Part shown: positions 59,416 to 64,000 of the stretch, piece after piece | Layout: every line of letters begins with the position of its first letter | Numbering within the stretch: the stretch's first letter is position 1 | Origin: Macrostomum lignano | Lineage: Eukaryota | Direction of reading: 5' to 3' | DNA: 64,000 nt | NCBI GenBank assembly: GCA_002269645.1 | Contig: NIVC01003773.1 | Span: 1 to 64,000, forward strand | Notes under the pieces: generated by a model | What the model was told of the DNA's origin: nothing | The model's database searches: none | Seen by the model: only the letters and a program-made list of their open reading frames with translations | Position numbers and translations under genes: made by a program

Positions 59416-60724
59416 AGGGCCAGGTAGAGAGGCTTTGTAGGCTGCATGTGGCCTACATCTGAATTATTTTACAAATCATTGATATAGTGAACCATATTTA
59501 TAGTGCATCCAAAAAATAATAAAAACTGCAACTAAAAACATAAAATGAAATAGAACTTAAGGATTTATGTGGCTTTTTCTATTGGCAAAATGGTATATGT
59601 AAGTCACTATTCTTTTTTTATTAGACCTATATGTTAACTTGCCATGAGAATGGTCAAGGACTAATAGTCATACATGCCCAACAACTGGCTGACCCTGCTG
59701 ATTCAACTAGGTGGAAGGTAGTGAGAGGTCTGGCCAAGATAATTTGCAAAAATGCCAACCCAAAAAATTGACAAAAAGAGGGGAAGCAAGAAAAAAACAC
59801 AGGGAAAAGAGAGGCAAAGAATGAACAAAATGAAGGGAAACAAAAGGAAAAAACCCTGTTGCAACCAAGGACAACTAAGTTATAGCCAGAGGCAATTAAG
59901 TTAGCTAGAGACAATTGAATTGAAACTAAAGGCAATTGAGTTGCAACAAGAGGCAACTAGTAAAAAGAGCTTATCATATATTCAAAAGCAAAATCATTAA
60001 AGTATAAGATATAGAAAAATGGAAAATAATGAAGAAAAGTAAGGAGTATATTTGCATTAAAAGAAGATAACAAAAAGCTGTTATTAATGGGACCTCAAAA
60101 AGATCATTTATATAACCTCCAAAAAGGTCCATCTTTGTTGCAACCCCAAAAGCTACAATTTTTGTAAAAATTTATTCATATTAGCTAAGCAATATTCTAA
60201 ATTTGGCCATGTATGCTAATAGTAAAATCCTATATACTAAAAATGAAATGTCTGTAGCTATGCGATAGATTTCAGAAAAATTGGCTCAACCGATTTTCTT
60301 CAAACTTGCACCATTCGATCAGAAATTTTCCTGGGACGGTACATGCATCTTGGCTAAGAAATTGCTTAATGTTAAAGGGATTAAATATTCGAAAAACATG
60401 CTTTTTTGCAAAGGTCAAGCCAAATTTTTGACTTGAAATGCATTGTAGGAATGCTAGAGAAAAAACTGACTGGCTGAATTACGATCGTGATAAAGATTGC
60501 ATCACAACAAGTTGAAAACAGTGTCAAAGAAATGCACACACGACTTGATTTAAATTGCGTAACCATATTGCTAACTTGAATTGAGACTGATACTGGCTGA
60601 CTGAGAAATTGATTATGTCACAACTTTCTACTTCAATTGACTTGCTGTAAGAATTGAATTATAAGGGCCACAATTCATGTTCTCCAATTGAAAAGAGATA
60701 GCCGGATGCAAACAGACTGGAATG

Positions 60725-60757
60725 CTAATGTAGCGACCTGGGTTCGAATCTTAGTAG
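60725..60757 (+). other. tRNA-like 3' fragment with a perfect B-box, related to the SINE head at 49745-49814
   Basis: ctaatgtagcgacctgggttcgaatcttagt vs CTAATGTGCCAGCGGCCCAGGCTCGATTCCAAGT. Confidence 0.35.
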
Positions 60758-60809
60758 TGAAAAATGTTTTTTTTATTAAAACACCTTAAAAAACACAAAA
60801 TTCTAAACA

Positions 60810-62775
60810 TTAAAGATCCACCATTTCAAACATTAAAGAGCCACAATGTCAAACATTTAAGAGCCAACATTTCAAACCTAAAAGAGCCACCATGTCGAAC
60901 ATTAAAGAGCCACCATGTCGAACATAAAAGAGCCACCATATCAAACATAAAAGAGTTACCATGTCAAACATTAAAGAGCCACCATGTCGAACATTAAAGA
61001 GCCACAATGTCAAACATTAAAGAGCCACCATTTCAAACCTAAAAGAGCCACCATGTCGAACATTAAAAAGCCACCAACTCAAACATTAAAAAGCCACCAT
61101 GTCAAACATTAAAGAGACACCATTTCAAACCTAAAAGAGTTACCATGTCAAACATTAAAGAGCCGCCATGTCAAACATAAAACAGACACCATTAAGAACA
61201 TTAAAGAGCCACCATGTCGAACATTAAAGAGCCAGATGTCAAACATAAAACAGCCACCATTTCGAAAATTAAAGAGCCACCATTTTAAACATTAAAGAGC
61301 CACCTTATCAAACATTAAAGAGCCACCATGTCGAACATAAAAGAGCCACCATGTAGAACATAAAAGAGTCACCATGTCAAACATTAAAGAGCCACCATGT
61401 AAAACATTAAAGAGCCACCATGTCGAACATAAAAGAGGTACCATGTCAAACATTAAAGACCCACCAGGTCAAACATGAAAGTGCCACCATGTCAAATATT
61501 AAAAAGCCACCATGTCAAACATTAAAGAGCCACCAGGTCAAACATGAAAGTGCCACCATATAAAACATTAAAGAGCCACCATGTCAAACATTAAAGAGAC
61601 ACCAGGTCAAACATATACATGACTCCATGTCAAACATTAAAGAGCCACCATGTCGAACATAAAAGGGCCACCATGTCAAATATTAAAGAGCCACCATGTC
61701 AAACATTAAAGAGCCACCAGGTCAAACATGAAAGTGCCACCATGTAAAACATTAAAGAGCCACCATGTCGAACATTTAAGAACCACCATGTCAAACATAA
61801 AATAGCCACCATGTGAAACATATAGGTGACTCCATGTAAAACATTAAAGAGCTACCATATCAGACATATACATGACTCCATGTCAAACATATACGTGACT
61901 CCATGTTAGACATTAAAGAGCCACCATGTCGAACATTAAAGAGCCAACGTGTTAAAAATACAAGAGCCACCATGTCAAACATATACATGACTCCATGTCA
62001 AACATTGAAGAGACACCATGTCGAACATAAAAGAGCCACCATGCAAAACATAAAAGAGCCACCATGTCTAACATTAAAGAGCCACCATGGCAAACATATA
62101 CATGACTCTATGTCGAACAATCAAGAGCCACCATGTCAAACATATACATGACTCCATGTCAAACGTTAAAGAGACACCATGTCAAACATTAAAGAGCCAC
62201 CATGTCAAACATTTAAGAGCCACCAGGTCAAACATGAAAGTGCCACCATGTAAAACATTAAAGAGCCACCATGTCAAACATATACGTAACTCCATGTCAA
62301 ACATTGAAGAGACCCCATGTCAAACATTAAAGAGCCACCACGTCGAACATAAAAGAGCCACCATGTAAAACATATACGTAACTCCATGTCAAACATTGAA
62401 GTGACACCATGTCGAACATAAAAGAGCCACCATGTCGAACATTAAAGAGCCACCATGTCGAACATAAAAGAGCTACCATGTCAAACATAAAAGAGCCACC
62501 ATTTCGAACATTAAAGAGCCACCATTTCGAACATTAAAGAGCCACCATGTCAAACATAATAGAGCCACCATGTCAAACATTAAAAAGCCACTTTGTCAAA
62601 CATAGAAGAGCCCCCATGTCAAACATAGAAGAGCCCCCATGTCAAACATAGAAGAGCCCCCATGTCAAACATAGAAGAGCCACTATGTCAGACATTGAAA
62701 AGCCACCGTATCAAACATAAAAGAGTTACCATGTACGAGCGTAGAACATAAAAGAGCCACCCTGTTAAACATAAA
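60810..62775. repeat. Diverged 23-bp minisatellite, about 2 kb
   Basis: Unit ccaccatgtcaaacattaaagag. Confidence 0.96.
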
Positions 62776-62864
62776 AGATACACAATTTCAAACGTAAAAG
62801 TAAGCGAATTTTAAAGGAGCCGCTATAATGCTAAGGAAATTGTCGCACTAGCTACTTATTGTCT

Positions 62865-64000
62865 GGTGGATGCTTGCTATTTGGGGATGCTATCTATCTT
62901 GGGGATGCTTGCTATCTGGGGGATGCTTGCTATCTGGGGATGCTTGCTATCTGGGGGATGCTTGCTATCTGGGGGATGCTTGCTATCTGGGGGATGCTTG
63001 CTATCTGGGGGTTGCTTGCTATCTGAGGGATGCTTGCTATCTTGGGGATGCTTGCTATCTGGGGGATGCTTGCTATCTGGGGGATGCTTGCTATCTTGGG
63101 GATGCTTGCTATCTGGGGGATGCTTGCTATCTTGGGGATGCTTGCTATCTTGGGGATGCTTGCTATCTGGGGATGCTTGCTATCTGGGGGATGCTTGCTA
63201 TCTGGGGGATGCTTGCAATCTGGGGGATGCTTGCTATCTGGGGGATGCTTGCTATCTTGGGGATGCTTGCTATCTGGGGGATGCTTGCTATCTGGGGGAT
63301 GCTTGCTATCTGGGGGATGCTTGCTATCTGGGGGATGCTTGCTATCTGGGGGATGCTTGCTATCTGGGGGATGCTTGCTATCTGGGGGTTGCTTGCTATC
63401 TGGGGGATGCTTGCTATCTGAGGGATGCTTGCTATCTGGGGGATGCTTGCTATCTGGGGGATGCTTGCTATCTGGGGGATGCTTGCTATCTTGGGGATGC
63501 TTGCTATCTGGGGGATGCTTGCTATCTTGGGGATGCTTGCTATCTTGGGGATGCTTGCTATCTGGGGGATGCTTGCTATCTGGGGGATGCTTGCTATCTG
63601 GGGGATGCTTGCTATCTGGGGGATGCTTGCAATCTGGGGGATGCTTGCTATCTTGCGGATGCTTGCTATCTGGGGGATGCTTGCTATCTTGGGGATGCTT
63701 GCTATCTGGGGGATGCTTGCTATCTGGGGGATGCTTGCTATCTGGGGGATGCTTGCTATCTTGGGGATGCTTGCTATCTGGGGGATGCTTGCTATCTGGG
63801 GGATGCTTGCTATCTGGGGGATGCTTGCTATCTGGGGGATGCTTGCTATCTGGGGGATGCTTGCTATCTTGGGGATGCTTGCTATCTGGGGGATGCTTGC
63901 TATCTGGGGGATGCTTGCTATCTGGGGGATGCTTGCTATCTGGGGGATGCTTGCTATCTGGGGGATGCTTGCTATCTGGGGGATGCTTGCTATCTGAGGG
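62865..64000. repeat. 18-bp G-rich minisatellite running off the window end
   Basis: Unit tgggggatgcttgctatc. Confidence 0.98.

Noticed and set aside
60280-60350. ctcaaccgattttcttcaaacttg motif reminiscent of Helentron/HINE-type elements (similar ccgatttcagacc at about 44270)
   Set aside because: Too short and no other diagnostic structure; a link to the (GACA)n arrays could not be shown from shared flanks.

Overview
Eukaryotic (metazoan) genomic DNA: GC-richer exons within AT-rich non-coding sequence that is packed with micro- and minisatellite arrays. Gene style, repeat load and an RNW-motif orphan GPCR suggest a free-living flatworm such as Macrostomum (inference, not tested). Eight protein-coding genes were reconstructed by hand using GT-AG junctions with consistent phases. 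On + are WDR4/TRM82 (909-2238) and TAF1 (4060-17023). On - are six consecutive genes: L3MBTL (59204-53213), an acidic coiled-coil CCDC34/CCDC181/MAP9-like gene (51560-45873), KCTD10/BACURD (43790-38870), sphingosine kinase (35915-33203), an orphan class A GPCR (28276-25777) and an anillin-like gene lacking the PH domain (23587-22172). WDR4 and TAF1 each carry two single-base deletions in short homopolymers, probably consensus errors. The most striking non-coding structure is that 14 of 16 coding-region introns contain tandem arrays, usually a different unit in each, and several arrays occupy 80-93% of the intron. Some units are shared between unrelated genes, many contain palindromic cores, and one family lies inverted around a TAF1 bromodomain exon. 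Also present: a hAT/Charlie-like MITE family (3 copies), a tRNA-headed SINE-like family (3 core copies), a tRNA-Tyr-like half gene interrupted by an array, and splice acceptors just upstream of start codons that fit SL trans-splicing or operons. Most ORFs in the supplied track are repeat artefacts. No CRISPR, rRNA or intact tRNA was found. Array boundaries and copy numbers are approximate (by eye).
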